A stretch of 64,000 nt of DNA from Nitrospirales bacterium (GCA_963555755.3 OY820905.2:3104001-3168000), one strand, 5' to 3'. Counted from the stretch's first letter, positions 50,589 through 61,176 are shown. Translations and numbers: made by a program. The notes: generated from the letters alone by a model not told the origin.

Positions 50589-51220
50589 GTGAGGCTTTCA
50601 CAACGGCTGCTAGGGCTTCGTTGCTCAGCTGTCACACCTGTCACCTGTTAAGTCATGCTCGACGTTTGCCGGCGGGATGCCACGCGGTGTGTTCGCGCTG
50701 TGGAACGACACTCCATTTCCGTAAACCCAACAGCCTCGTTCGGACATGGGCGTTGACCCTGACGGCATTTATTCTCTACATTCCTGCGAACCTGTTACCT
50801 ATCATGAGCGTGATCTCGTATGGTGAAGGTGAGCCGGATACTATTATGAGTGGAGTGACCCACCTCATTGAAGCTCAGATGTACCCCATCGCGTTTTTAG
50901 TTTTTTTCGCGAGCGTTACCGTTCCCATGGCAAAGCTCATTGCCATAACCTATTTGCTTATCTCAGTTCAAAAAAAATCCCGTTGGCGTCCAAAGGATCG
51001 AACAGTGATGTATAGGGTGACTGAGGTCATCGGTCGATGGTCAATGCTGGATATTTTTATGATCGCCCTTCTCGCCGCATTGGTGAAACTTGGGGCAATT
51101 GCCACGATTGAACCAGGCCTCGGGGCCGTATGCTTTGCGGGGGTCGTCGTGATCACGATGTTTGCGGCGATGAGCTTTGATCCGAGACTTATTTGGGATG
51201 CTATGGAGGAAAAACCATGA
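50585..51220 (+). CDS. pqiA: Paraquat-inducible protein A, C-terminal half
   Basis: CHTC..CSRCG, YIPANLLP, IGRWSMLDIF, FDPRLIWD. Confidence 0.92.
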   Translation: MSEAFTTAARASLLSCHTCHLLSHARRLPAGCHAVCSRCGTTLHFRKPNSLVRTWALTLTAFILYIPANLLPIMSVISYGEGEPDTIMSGVTHLIEAQMYPIAFLVFFASVTVPMAKLIAITYLLISVQKKSRWRPKDRTVMYRVTEVIGRWSMLDIFMIALLAALVKLGAIATIEPGLGAVCFAGVVVITMFAAMSFDPRLIWDAMEEKP

Positions 51221-52932
51221 GTGACGAGCGACCGCATCAATCTCAAGTCGATGAATTGCCAGAGGCTGTTGTTGAAAAGCCTCGTGGAATGTCCATCGTT
51301 TGGCTCATCCCCGTGGTCGCAGCACTCATCGGAGGCTGGCTTGCCTATAAGACCATCTCTGAGAGCGGCCCTACGATCACTATTACATTCGAAGATGCTT
51401 CGGGTCTTGAGGCGGGAAAGACCAAGATCAAATATAAATCGGTCACCGTGGGTGAAGTTGAGAATATTGAACTGACGAGCCTCCAGAATGTCACGGTCAC
51501 GGCCAAGGTTGCCAAGCATGCTGAACAATACATGACGGAAAACACCAAGTTCTGGGTGGTCCGGCCTCGAATCGGGAGTAGTGGAATTTCCGGACTCGAG
51601 ACCCTTATTTCAGGCGCCTATATTGGCGTTGCTCCCCGGACCGGACCGCCGATGTTAATGTTCACCGGGCTTGAGACACCTCCGGGCGTACAAGTAGATG
51701 AAGAGGGAGCCACCTTTACGCTACAAGCGACGGACGTTGGCTCAGCTTTCCCAGGCACACCGATCCTGCACCACGACATTAACGTCGGGCGGGTTGTTGA
51801 TCACAATTTTGCGGAGGGCGAGGGTGGTGTGATCATCGACATTTTTATTGAAGCCCCGCACCATTTACTCGTGTGGGATACCAGTCGATTCTGGCGGAAG
51901 ACGGGGATTGACGTCTCCTACGGAACCCAAGGGTTGGAGGTCCAAATCGAGTCACTGGCTACGTTGCTCGCGGGAGGTATTGCCTTTGACACCCCGGTCA
52001 CGGCTGGGGGTTCGAACGAACCAAGCAAATCTGGCACTGTGTTCACGTTGTTCAAAAATATCAAGAGTATAGGTGAAGCCAAGTACATCAGGAAGGTCCC
52101 TTACCTTCTACATTTCGACGGATCCGTGAGAGGGCTCAGTCTCGGTGCCCCGGTAGAATTTCGAGGCATCAAGATTGGTACCGTCACGGATGTGGCGGTG
52201 ACGATCAACCCCAAGACCCTAGACATTGAGATTCCCGTGATCATTGAAATTCAGCCCGAACGACTGACCACCCCTGAAGCCCTGGGATCAAAAAAGCCGT
52301 ATGAGGTGGGGGCCCTCATGGTTAAGCGTGGAATGAGAGCCCGATTAGAAACGGGAAGTTTGCTCACGGGGCAACTCTTTATTGATCTCGATTTTTATCC
52401 CAAGCTTGCCCAAGAATCTTTGCTTATGACTGGTAAATATCCTGAGATTCCCACTATTCCATCCGCCATGGATGAATTTCGGAGAACCGCCTCTGATGTG
52501 TTGGCGGAAATACGGAAAGTTCCCTTCGACAAAATCGGACAAGAGATACTGGAAACGCTTCAAGGCGCCAACCAGTTCGCCAATTCGCCTGAGTTGTTAG
52601 AAGCTGTTCACACCTTAAATGCCACACTTGAGGAAATTCATGAATTGACGCGGGACACAAAAGGTTCCCTCAACAGAAGTTTTGATAGTCTTGAGACATT
52701 GACACAGCACCTGGATATCAAAGTGGTCACGTTGGCCGACAGCATTGAAAAAACCTTAGGCACCGCTCGTTCCGCTCTGGAGATTGCCGATCCCAATTCC
52801 CCCGCTGCGGTGAATCTCGCCACTGCCTTGGAGGAATTGTCGGCTGCTGCGCGCTCCATTCGGGTGTTGGCTGATTATCTCGAGCAACATCCGGAAGCAT
52901 TGGTCCAGGGCAAAGGCGGAGGAGAGAGGTAA
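51217..52932 (+). CDS. pqiB: Intermembrane transport protein PqiB (three MCE domains)
   Basis: SIVWLIP, GLEAGKTKIKY, FWVVRPRI, GLSLGAPVEFRGI, YLEQHPEALVQGK. Confidence 0.93.
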   Translation: MSDERPHQSQVDELPEAVVEKPRGMSIVWLIPVVAALIGGWLAYKTISESGPTITITFEDASGLEAGKTKIKYKSVTVGEVENIELTSLQNVTVTAKVAKHAEQYMTENTKFWVVRPRIGSSGISGLETLISGAYIGVAPRTGPPMLMFTGLETPPGVQVDEEGATFTLQATDVGSAFPGTPILHHDINVGRVVDHNFAEGEGGVIIDIFIEAPHHLLVWDTSRFWRKTGIDVSYGTQGLEVQIESLATLLAGGIAFDTPVTAGGSNEPSKSGTVFTLFKNIKSIGEAKYIRKVPYLLHFDGSVRGLSLGAPVEFRGIKIGTVTDVAVTINPKTLDIEIPVIIEIQPERLTTPEALGSKKPYEVGALMVKRGMRARLETGSLLTGQLFIDLDFYPKLAQESLLMTGKYPEIPTIPSAMDEFRRTASDVLAEIRKVPFDKIGQEILETLQGANQFANSPELLEAVHTLNATLEEIHELTRDTKGSLNRSFDSLETLTQHLDIKVVTLADSIEKTLGTARSALEIADPNSPAAVNLATALEELSAAARSIRVLADYLEQHPEALVQGKGGGER

Positions 52933-52936
52933 AGCC

Positions 52937-53557
52937 ATGAAAAGACGACTTGTTCTGTTGTTAATACTGAGCACATGGGTCATGAGCGTTTGGGGGTGTG
53001 CCACAACTCAACCTGCCAAATTTTATCTATTGAGTTCGTTGACCAAACCGAATGTGCTGGCCAAATCAAAGGGCGAAACATCAGACCTTTCCTTGGGTAT
53101 AGGCCCCATCAGTATTCCGAAATATCTGAACCGGCCCCAAATTGTCACCCGAGCCAGCCGCCATTCCCTGACGCTGTCAGAATTCCATAAATGGGCGGAA
53201 CAACTTGAAGACAATTTTGCTCAGGTGGTCGCGGAGAATCTCTCAATTCTCCTTTCCACGGATCGGGTCGAACTCTTCCCATGGAAACGGCAGCGCTCAA
53301 TCGATTACCAAGTGGTCATGGATGTGATTCAGTTTGATCGAAACCCAGAGGGAGAGGCTCTGCTTCTGGCACGCTGGAGCCTGATGGATGGGAAGGGACA
53401 ACCGGTCGTCATGGGAAAGAAGTCCCGTGTGACGGCGAAGCCAACAGGACAAGATTATGAATCTGTGGTTGAGGCGCTGAGTGAAACCCTTGCAGATCTC
53501 AGTCGAGAAATAGCTGGGGTCATCAAACCCTTTGCTCGAGGAAAAAAGAAAAAGTAA
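52937..53557 (+). CDS. pqiC: PqiC lipoprotein
   Basis: Lipobox VWGC, GPISIPKYLNRPQIV, HKWAEQL. Confidence 0.9.
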   Translation: MKRRLVLLLILSTWVMSVWGCATTQPAKFYLLSSLTKPNVLAKSKGETSDLSLGIGPISIPKYLNRPQIVTRASRHSLTLSEFHKWAEQLEDNFAQVVAENLSILLSTDRVELFPWKRQRSIDYQVVMDVIQFDRNPEGEALLLARWSLMDGKGQPVVMGKKSRVTAKPTGQDYESVVEALSETLADLSREIAGVIKPFARGKKKK

Positions 53558-53831
53558 TTGGATTTTTTCGTCCAGCGGAGAACAGAAATTACATCCCGCC
53601 GAAACCGGTCAGATTAACTCTTTCCAAGATTCAATGCGTGGTACGTTGTTGACGGTAGCGCCGGATAAGCATCGAAAGAGTTCGACAAAAGCTGACAACG
53701 TGTAAACAATGGCGCATAGGAAATGCCTATATGAAGCCAGGCACTGAAAACGGCTCTGGTAAAGGAGTTCAATAGTTGGCCCCAACATGTAAGAAGCCTA
53801 TACCGAAAAAAGCGTCGCTGTTTAAGCTTGT

Positions 53832-54208
53832 GATCGGTTTAGAGAAGCAGTTCCTGGCCGGCAAGCGGGACCGGGCAGCCGATCTGGAAAGCGCGATCCG
53901 GGTCTTTCTCGAATTTCTTCGAGGATTTGAATCCCTTGATGTAGACCAACATGACCGTCGATAACACGGACGTGATGGTGCCGCACGTGTCCGCCGTATC
54001 GAAGGTGCTCTATATGGGGAACAAAGTCGGGTTTCGTTACAAGTATCTGGGTCTCGACTGGGTCACCGGGGAATTCAAGGCCCGGTGGACCTTTCCCACC
54101 GACAGCGCCCCGTACAACACCTGGGGCGGTATCGGCTATTTCCTTGAAGATGGTGATCTGATCACTGGTGGTTTCTTTAGCGCCAAGCGAGTAAACTTCG
54201 GAAAATGA
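53832..54208 (+). pseudogene. Two fused gene fragments (LOG-family-like N-terminus, then the C-terminus of an unknown protein)
   Basis: EKQFLAGKRDRAADLESAIRVFLEFLRGFESL resembles the start of LOG/TIGR00730 proteins; switches abruptly at about 53950 to TVDNTDV..LDWVTGEFKARW..KRVNFGK*. Confidence 0.45.
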
Positions 54209-54401
54209 TTTAATGATGTCGTGTATTTTTCTAAGGTCATGGATGCTCGTCATGGCTTTTTTCCTGCGGACGTCATAGACGTTTCTGTGACCTGACGGGG
54301 CCTTTGTGGCATTTATGACACCGGAATATTTGATCACTGCCTCGTAGAAAAGAAGGAAAATGGCCATTCCCACGTTCCCTCTAACCCCAGGAGGTCTAGT
54401 C

Positions 54402-55115
54402 ATGAAGTCGTTAACGCGTATCGTATTATGTGTGTTTGCCCTAGTGGTGGCAGTCGGATGCGCCTCAACCAAGGTAACCAAGCACGAATCGAAGATCGGC
54501 ACGAAAAAAATTACTCGGCCCGATCGTATTTATGTGTATCCCTTTGCGGCCACACCTGCCGACATCCCAACCTGGTCCGCTTCGGCAGGCCGGTATGCTG
54601 AAAGCACCACACCACAAACGTCAGAGCAAATCGAGATGGGTCGAAACCTGGGCGTCCTCGTGGCGAAGGAATTGGTCACGGAAATTCAGAAGATGGGACT
54701 TTCGGCACTGAGGGGTGGCAAACACACCGTTCCACGAATCAACAACCTTCTGATAACAGGTTATTTTGAAGCGGACGAAGAAGGCAGTACGGCCAAACGC
54801 CTCTCACTTGGTTTCGGCTCCGGGGCCGCAGAGTTAACGACAGCCGTGGAGGGCTACCAAATGACCCCTGAGGGCCCGCGCCTCCTCGGATCAGGCCAGC
54901 TCCAATCCGGCGGAGGCAAAACGCCTGGTCTGATTGTCCCTCTTGCGGTTCTCGCCGCCACCGCTAACCCGATTGGCCTTATTGTTATGGGAGGGATGAA
55001 AGTGCATGGTGAGGTGACAGGCAAGAGTAAAATCGAGGGTGCGGCTAAACGAACGGCCGAGACCATCGCTGACCGGCTACGGGTACGATTCAAGGAACAG
55101 GGGTGGATTCGGTAA
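54402..55115 (+). CDS. Lipoprotein, DUF4410-like
   Basis: Lipobox AVGC, PDRIYVYPF, DEEGSTAKRLSLGFGSG; GGAGG RBS. Confidence 0.7.
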   Translation: MKSLTRIVLCVFALVVAVGCASTKVTKHESKIGTKKITRPDRIYVYPFAATPADIPTWSASAGRYAESTTPQTSEQIEMGRNLGVLVAKELVTEIQKMGLSALRGGKHTVPRINNLLITGYFEADEEGSTAKRLSLGFGSGAAELTTAVEGYQMTPEGPRLLGSGQLQSGGGKTPGLIVPLAVLAATANPIGLIVMGGMKVHGEVTGKSKIEGAAKRTAETIADRLRVRFKEQGWIR

Positions 55116-55277
55116 ATGAACAATGAAAAATGAATAGTGAACAATGAAAAAATGAACAACTAAAAATGAAAAGTGAAAAATGAAACTTTAAAAGTTAGAG
55201 AGCCAATTTTTCATTTATCATTGTTCATTTTTAATTCTCCCCATCATTTTTCATTTATCATTATTCATTTATAACTT
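55114..55277. repeat. AT-rich inverted heptamer array (AATGAAA/AATGAAC units, then TCATTTT/TCATTGT units), left flank
   Basis: aatgaac aatgaaa aatgaat agtgaac ... tcattta tcattgt tcatttt. Confidence 0.92.
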
Positions 55278-55631
55278 ATGAGAAATAATCCGCTTAAAGA
55301 TAAGAGTTATACATTTGCAATTCGTGTGGTGAAACTATCTCAATTTTTACAGCAGGATAAAAAAGAGTTTGTGCTGAGCAAGCAAGTGCTTCGCAGTGGT
55401 ACTGCAATCGGTGCACTCATTCGGGAGGCGGAGTTTGGGCAGAGTAAGGCGGATTTTGCTAGTAAAATGAGTATTTCATTGAAAGAGGCTAACGAAACGG
55501 AATATTGGTTGTCTTTGTTAAAGGATACAGACTTTATCAGCAAAGATCAGTTTGAATCTTTGCAGTCAGATTGTAAGGAATTAATCGCCATGTTGGTATC
55601 AACGGTAAAAACTTCAAGAAATGAAAAGTGA
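55278..55631 (+). CDS. Four-helix-bundle protein (TIGR02436 / 23S rRNA IVP family)
   Basis: KSYTFAIRVV..LSKQVLRSGTAIGALIREA..SKADF..ISLKEANETEYWL. Confidence 0.92.
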   Translation: MRNNPLKDKSYTFAIRVVKLSQFLQQDKKEFVLSKQVLRSGTAIGALIREAEFGQSKADFASKMSISLKEANETEYWLSLLKDTDFISKDQFESLQSDCKELIAMLVSTVKTSRNEK

Positions 55632-55732
55632 AAAATGATAAATGAAAAATGGAAATTAAAAAGCTTGAGACCAAATTTTTCATTTATCATTGTTCATTTT
55701 TAATTTCCCCAATCATTGTTCATTTTTAATTT
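55618..55732. repeat. AT-rich inverted heptamer array, right flank (direct repeat of the left flank)
   Basis: aaatgaaaagtgaaaaatga..aatttttcatttatcattgttcatttttaatt..cccc is shared with 55164-55245. Confidence 0.92.
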
Positions 55733-55737
55733 CTGCC

Positions 55738-56094
55738 ATGCAAGACAAAGTCGTCAAATACTCCGTTCTATTCATGGCCCTGGTACTGAGTGCGATTGTG
55801 CTGCAGACGCTGGCGGAGGTGCTCCCGCCTCTGGCTATCGCCGTGCTGCTGCTGTTCGTGTTCACGCCGCTGGCGAGCTACTCGAAGGAAAAGAGCATCC
55901 CGGCGTGGCTCACGTTCTCGGGACTGCTCGTGGCAGTGATCTTGCCCCTGAGCTTCGCCGGTTCTTTCTTCCACTTCTGGGATAGACCACATCGACAAGT
56001 CACCCGCGACGAAGGTCGCCTAATTTTAACCCCGGAGCCGTGGAGAATTTTAACTAACTTTGGGCTTGACTCTTTCAAGATGAAGGCCTACTGA
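55738..56094 (+). pseudogene. N-terminal fragment of a membrane protein (AI-2E-transporter-like)
   Basis: Three hydrophobic helices, then a switch to non-hydrophobic sequence at about 55975; higher GC than the flanks. Confidence 0.5.
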
Positions 56095-56245
56095 CGGTGG
56101 GGAATGGGTATACACACCAATTTAACGTGATTTTCCACCAACATACCGATTAACTCGTTCCGGAGTTAGGAATGGATTTTTTCAATTGTTTTTATTGACT
56201 TGAGGGAAGTTCATAGATTACAAACTTACTGCCTATTAAGCAGAG

Positions 56246-57550
56246 ATGGCATCAAAGGTTTACATGGCCTGGAAAGTTTTAAATTTGAGTCCCATATGTG
56301 ACATGATTCCATGGGCTAAACCGTATTCAAGGAAGTTGAGAGTCCTCCTCACCATTAGCTTGCTCTTGACCGGGAGTGGCTGCCTTTCCCCGATTGCTCT
56401 TCACCAGGCGGTGCTAGAGTATGACCGAACGACTGCCAAAATTCAGGCAGAAATACTCCTCCTGAACATTGTTCGAGCTCAACATGTGGAACCTCTGCAC
56501 TTTACGGCAGTCACCAGTGTGGCGGCCACGTTTAATTTCGAGACAACGGCAGGAATTGCTCCCGGTCAAGCTGGACTGACGGAAACGATCGTGGCTCCCG
56601 TGTTCACCGCCACCGTTTCCGAAAATCCGACCATCACGATTGTGCCTATTGAAGGTGAGGAATTTACTAAACGAGTACTGGCTCCCGTCACGCAGGAGAA
56701 AGTCTCCTTCCTCGCAACCCAGGGGGTTGAGCCGGGTCTCCTGCTTCGGTTGTTAGCCGAAAAGTTTATTGCCATAGGAGACAATGAAACCAAAGTCTTC
56801 CGCAATAATCCAAGATACAAGGACCAATATATTGAATTCCGTAAACGGGTGTTACATCTGTCCTCCTTGGTGGTGGCGAATCAGCTATTTGTAGAACATA
56901 TCCGTTACGAAAAGCGTCTGCCCTTCAAGCTTCCGCCAGAAGAATCGAAAGATGATATCGTTCAGAGCCTGGATGAAATTATTGGGGCGGAAGAAAAGGG
57001 ATACCGATGGAGGTCCATAACCAAGGGTGGTACTCGTGTTCTTACCAAGAAAGTCAGGGGCCGACTAGCTATCACCAACTACTCTATGCGCGAACTCTCT
57101 AATGAAGAACGACGCTTCCTGCACGAAGAAGCCAGAATTCATACCGAGAACACCATTCTTGTTGATATTCGTCCGGATAAACCTGGGGGTAACTTCCCCA
57201 TTCATGGATTTTTTTGGTTCCGCAGCTTCGCGGATACCCTGCAATATGTGGCAAGGGAAAATTCAACCTTTCCCGGGTTCGATGTCCGGCCGGATCCACG
57301 AACAGGCCCAATTGGTCCAAATCCTCCATTACCCCTTAAAATTGAGGTATCTTCAAATAAGCCGGCGAATGCCGCCTTCAAGGTGAAACATCATGACTTT
57401 TGGTACTGGATTAAAAAAGGAACGGGGGGGCTCCCGAAAGGAGACACTGCTTGGAACCTGGAAGCATTTCGCACGCTGAACCAACTCTATCAAATGACCG
57501 TGGCTGATTTGAGCCATAGACCCAGTCCCACCATCACGATAGCAAAATAA
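56246..57550 (+). CDS. Hypothetical lipoprotein
   Basis: Lipobox GSGC; LLLNIVRA..PLHF, ENPTITIVP; start uncertain. Confidence 0.75.
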   Translation: MASKVYMAWKVLNLSPICDMIPWAKPYSRKLRVLLTISLLLTGSGCLSPIALHQAVLEYDRTTAKIQAEILLLNIVRAQHVEPLHFTAVTSVAATFNFETTAGIAPGQAGLTETIVAPVFTATVSENPTITIVPIEGEEFTKRVLAPVTQEKVSFLATQGVEPGLLLRLLAEKFIAIGDNETKVFRNNPRYKDQYIEFRKRVLHLSSLVVANQLFVEHIRYEKRLPFKLPPEESKDDIVQSLDEIIGAEEKGYRWRSITKGGTRVLTKKVRGRLAITNYSMRELSNEERRFLHEEARIHTENTILVDIRPDKPGGNFPIHGFFWFRSFADTLQYVARENSTFPGFDVRPDPRTGPIGPNPPLPLKIEVSSNKPANAAFKVKHHDFWYWIKKGTGGLPKGDTAWNLEAFRTLNQLYQMTVADLSHRPSPTITIAK

Positions 57551-58120
57551 CTATCAGCAATAACTTTGTATCGCTCCCTCGGTCGGGTGGGGTGGTGAGA
57601 GACTTCTGCCCGGTTGTTCGCAAAAAAGAACCCAATAGCACCTGGCTATCCTTAATACAAGCCCTTCCCTCAAGTTACAAAGAGAAAGTGTAGAGCAACT
57701 CGATTTGAAATGTAAACAAAACATGCAAAACATCTGAGGTTGAACAGTAAAAGGCTCACAAGGGGATTGAAGAATATTTCTTCATTTGGTCATGCCTGCA
57801 GCCAATTACCTAGCGAATGTGCCTGCAGGATTCGTGGGAAATACCAAGATGAAAGAGAACGTGACCGATTGTTAAACAGGATCTTACTGCTAGTAGGTGT
57901 TGATCGAACAGCGGAGACCAAAAATGTGAAGAAGTCGTTAAACCCCAGCAACGAAGTTGGGGCAGTGAACTTGTGTTTGATCTATTGGGTCTGTGGGTCG
58001 CTTTGCCAATTGCCGGGGATTCTAGAAGACTGTGTTATTCCAGAAAAGCCCATTAAGAGGCTGAAGGTGTCTCTTCCCCAAGGGATTCAAAAATATTTAG
58101 ATTTTCGAAAAAATTATAAA

Positions 58121-58477
58121 TCAATCAAGTGAAAATGAGGGGGGAACATATAGGGAAAGGCATTCAAGGTCTTGTGTCTCATACAACGACCAGCAGGCTC
58201 CCAAAATTTCTTCCTCTTGGTTTTGGATAACCCAAAGGGGCCCCAAGTCTCCTGGATCATCCCCAATCCAGGCTGGTTGAACAATAGCGGTTGCGTTTGA
58301 ATCACTGCGAATCTGAAGTGAAGTATGAGCGAAATCCGAATCAAGGTTCTCTATAGGTGTGAATGTGACAGTCCAATGTTCCCCATCTGCTTCAAAAGTT
58401 CCCTTACCCATGGTCTCTGAAAAACCAAGTTGTAAGGAACCCAATACTAAAGCAAAGGTCAGCACGAAAAGTCTCAT
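58121..58477 (-). CDS. Hypothetical secreted protein
   Basis: Signal-peptide-like MRLFVLTFALVLG. Confidence 0.5.
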   Translation of the reverse strand: MRLFVLTFALVLGSLQLGFSETMGKGTFEADGEHWTVTFTPIENLDSDFAHTSLQIRSDSNATAIVQPAWIGDDPGDLGPLWVIQNQEEEILGACWSLYETQDLECLSLYVPPSFSLD

Positions 58478-58738
58478 GGGAGTATCATCCCTTTCTCCTA
58501 GATCAAAAGGCAAGGGGCCACAGAGGCATTATTGTGGAAGAAACTCTGCTCTGATTCTTCTGCCAGTTTTCCTCGCCACCCCAAAATGGAGGAAAATAAT
58601 AAGGATTGGCTGGGTAGTGCTCCTCATGCTATGGTGCCGATCATCAATTTGTAGTATCCTCACACGTGACCCTCCACAAAATGTTGTGGTTTATGAGGGC
58701 TCCACTATCTATCTCTTCAACGCCATAAAGCCAAGCGT

Positions 58739-61171
58739 ATGCTGAACCGTGTTTGGGTTTGCCTGATATCCCTCCTCTTGTCCTTGAGCCCTTCTTTTTC
58801 GGAGTCGTCCTTTGCAAAATCCCGATTGCCCAAAGTCCGGATTGGGATAGTTACGGACGGGCCCTATCAAGACTATGGATGGGGGAAGGTCGTCAAAAGC
58901 AAATTATTCCTGAAAGAAATTCTTGAGCTGACGCGGGGTGAATTCGACGTCATTTTTCCTAAAAACAGATTCGTGCATGGGAATTGGTCAGTCAAAGGCA
59001 TTAAGAGAGCGGTTGATTTTCTGCTGGCCGATCGGAGCATCGATCTCATTTTGGCGTTGGGCGTCCTTGCCTCCCATGATATCAGTCGCCGTCCGTATCT
59101 TCCGAAACCGGCTGTGGCCCCCTTTGTGATTGATATTGAACTACAAGGATTGCCTTTCCGTCTGGGCGCATCGGGTGTTCGAAATCTCAATTATTTATCC
59201 TTGCCCCATTCCTTTGAGCGGGCGGTCAAAGCGTATAAAGAAATTTTGCCATTTTCAAAAATGACACTCTTTGTGGATCAAGTGGTGATGGAAGCATTGC
59301 CGCAATTGCAGGTGAAAATTCAACGGGCCGCCAAGGCGAATAATTTAGAGATTACCGCAGTGCCAGTTGAGACGTATATTCAACCAGCCTTGGTAGCCAT
59401 TCCCGATGAGACCGAAGCCGTGTTGGTGACACCGCTTTTGCGCCTCCCATTGTCTGAATTTCAAGCCCTGGTACAGGGGTTAATTGACCGAAAACTTCCG
59501 AGCTTTTCTCTCTATGGTCGGGAGGAAGTGGAGCATGGACTGTTGGCATCGATTGCGCCGGAGGCCAATACGCTTCGAATGGCTCGCCGTGTGGCGCTTA
59601 ATGTTCATCGAATTTTGCTCGGTGAAGATGCTGGAAGTCTTTTGGTTTCCCTGCCGGAAGCCGAGCGACTGACCATCAACATGGCGACAGCCCGCGCGGT
59701 GGAAACCTGGCCGACATTTCGGGTGCTGACTGAAGCGGATCTTATCAATGAAGATGTGGAATTCGTCAAGCGACGTCTGTCGCTGTATGCGGTGGTTCGG
59801 GAAGCGGTGTCGGTCAACCTCGACCTGGCCGCCGCGGATCGGCGAGTCGCGGCTGGAATGGCTACTATCCGCAATGCGCGATCAGCACTTCTGCCTCAAT
59901 TTGAAATGGGAAGTAATGCGACCATGATTGATCAGGATCGAGCGAGTGCAAGCTTTGGCGCGAATCCGGAACGGTCTATGCGGGCTACCGGAACGTTTTC
60001 GCAATTGTTGTACTCCGACAAAGCCTGGAGTGATTTCACCGTCCAAGAAAAAACTCAGATCTCGCGTGAAGCCGAACGCAGCGAATTACGGTTGGACATT
60101 CTTCAGGAGGCGGCCGTGTCGTATTTGAATGTGTTGCGGGGGAAAACTTCCCTCCGCATTCAAAAAGACAATCTGAGGTTGACTCGATCCAATCTTGAAT
60201 TGGCGCGTGTTCGTGAGTCCATCGGTTCGGCGGCTCGGGATGAAGTGTATCGGTGGGAAAGTGAAATTGCGAATGGCCGGCGTGCAGTATTGAATGTCCA
60301 AGCCCAATTACAGCAGGCCAACGTGGCGTTGAATCGTATTTTGCATCGTCCCCTTGAGGAACTCTTTATGACCGAGGAAGCGAGTTTGGAGGACCCCCTG
60401 TTGTTCGGAGACCTCAATCGGTTGTTTGCCTTTATTGATAATCCCAGACACTTTGGTCTGTTTCGAAATTTTCAAGTTCAGGAAGGCCTCAATGTTTCAC
60501 CGGAAATCAGACGACTCAATGCGCTGATTGCCGGTCAGGAACGAACAGTTCTGAATGCCCAACGTGCCTATTGGGCGCCGGAAGTCTCCCTGCAGGCTGA
60601 TGTGGATCAACGTTTTGTCTCCGATGGGGCAGGCCAGGCTGGTCCTCCTGCTGCTTTAGGGGCGGGACAGGACAATACGCAATGGTCCGTGGGCCTCGGA
60701 TTAACCTTTCCTCTTTTCAGCGGGGGGCGGAAAGAAGCCACAGAGAGCAAAGCCTTAGAGGATTTGCGACGATTTCGATTGGAGCGTGAAGCGACAATCG
60801 GGCGAGTGGAAGAGCGCATCCGGTCCGCCCTGTTTCAAGCGTCCGCGTCCTTTCCCGGAATTCGGCTTTCCCGCGAGGCGGCGGACGCGTCGGGAAAGAA
60901 TTTGGAACTTGTCGTGGATCAATACTCGCGCGGGGCCGTTGATATTATTAAATTATTGAATAGCCAGAATGCCGCGTTGAATGCCAACGAATCAGCGGCC
61001 AATGCGGTGTATGATTTTTTGATTGACATGATGAATATTGATCGGGCCGTCGGACGATTCGATTATTTTTTGTATAAAGAGGAACGGACCGCATGGTTTG
61101 GCCGGCTCACCGAATTTTTTAAACAGGCTGGGGTGAAGCCATCGAAACACATGACAATCAGTCCATTTTAG
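58739..61171 (+). CDS. TolC-family outer membrane efflux protein with an N-terminal ABC-type substrate-binding domain
   Basis: Signal peptide; RKLPSFS..VEHGLL..RILLGED..LTINMATARAV (ABC_sub_bind-like); OEP repeats ARSALLPQ and YWAPEVSL..LTFPLFSGG. Confidence 0.85.
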   Translation: MLNRVWVCLISLLLSLSPSFSESSFAKSRLPKVRIGIVTDGPYQDYGWGKVVKSKLFLKEILELTRGEFDVIFPKNRFVHGNWSVKGIKRAVDFLLADRSIDLILALGVLASHDISRRPYLPKPAVAPFVIDIELQGLPFRLGASGVRNLNYLSLPHSFERAVKAYKEILPFSKMTLFVDQVVMEALPQLQVKIQRAAKANNLEITAVPVETYIQPALVAIPDETEAVLVTPLLRLPLSEFQALVQGLIDRKLPSFSLYGREEVEHGLLASIAPEANTLRMARRVALNVHRILLGEDAGSLLVSLPEAERLTINMATARAVETWPTFRVLTEADLINEDVEFVKRRLSLYAVVREAVSVNLDLAAADRRVAAGMATIRNARSALLPQFEMGSNATMIDQDRASASFGANPERSMRATGTFSQLLYSDKAWSDFTVQEKTQISREAERSELRLDILQEAAVSYLNVLRGKTSLRIQKDNLRLTRSNLELARVRESIGSAARDEVYRWESEIANGRRAVLNVQAQLQQANVALNRILHRPLEELFMTEEASLEDPLLFGDLNRLFAFIDNPRHFGLFRNFQVQEGLNVSPEIRRLNALIAGQERTVLNAQRAYWAPEVSLQADVDQRFVSDGAGQAGPPAALGAGQDNTQWSVGLGLTFPLFSGGRKEATESKALEDLRRFRLEREATIGRVEERIRSALFQASASFPGIRLSREAADASGKNLELVVDQYSRGAVDIIKLLNSQNAALNANESAANAVYDFLIDMMNIDRAVGRFDYFLYKEERTAWFGRLTEFFKQAGVKPSKHMTISPF

Positions 61172-61176
61172 GGTGA

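Noticed and set aside
53822..54502. 226-aa minus-strand ORF and other long antisense ORFs (e.g. 37249-38232, 31351-31983)
   Set aside because: They are shadow frames opposite better-supported genes or fragments.
55114..55732. Diversity-generating retroelement (Avd-like protein plus repeats)
   Set aside because: There is no reverse transcriptase and no TR/VR pair differing at adenines in the window.
57740..58132. 130-aa ORF
   Set aside because: TTG start, no RBS, no recognisable motif; probably spurious.
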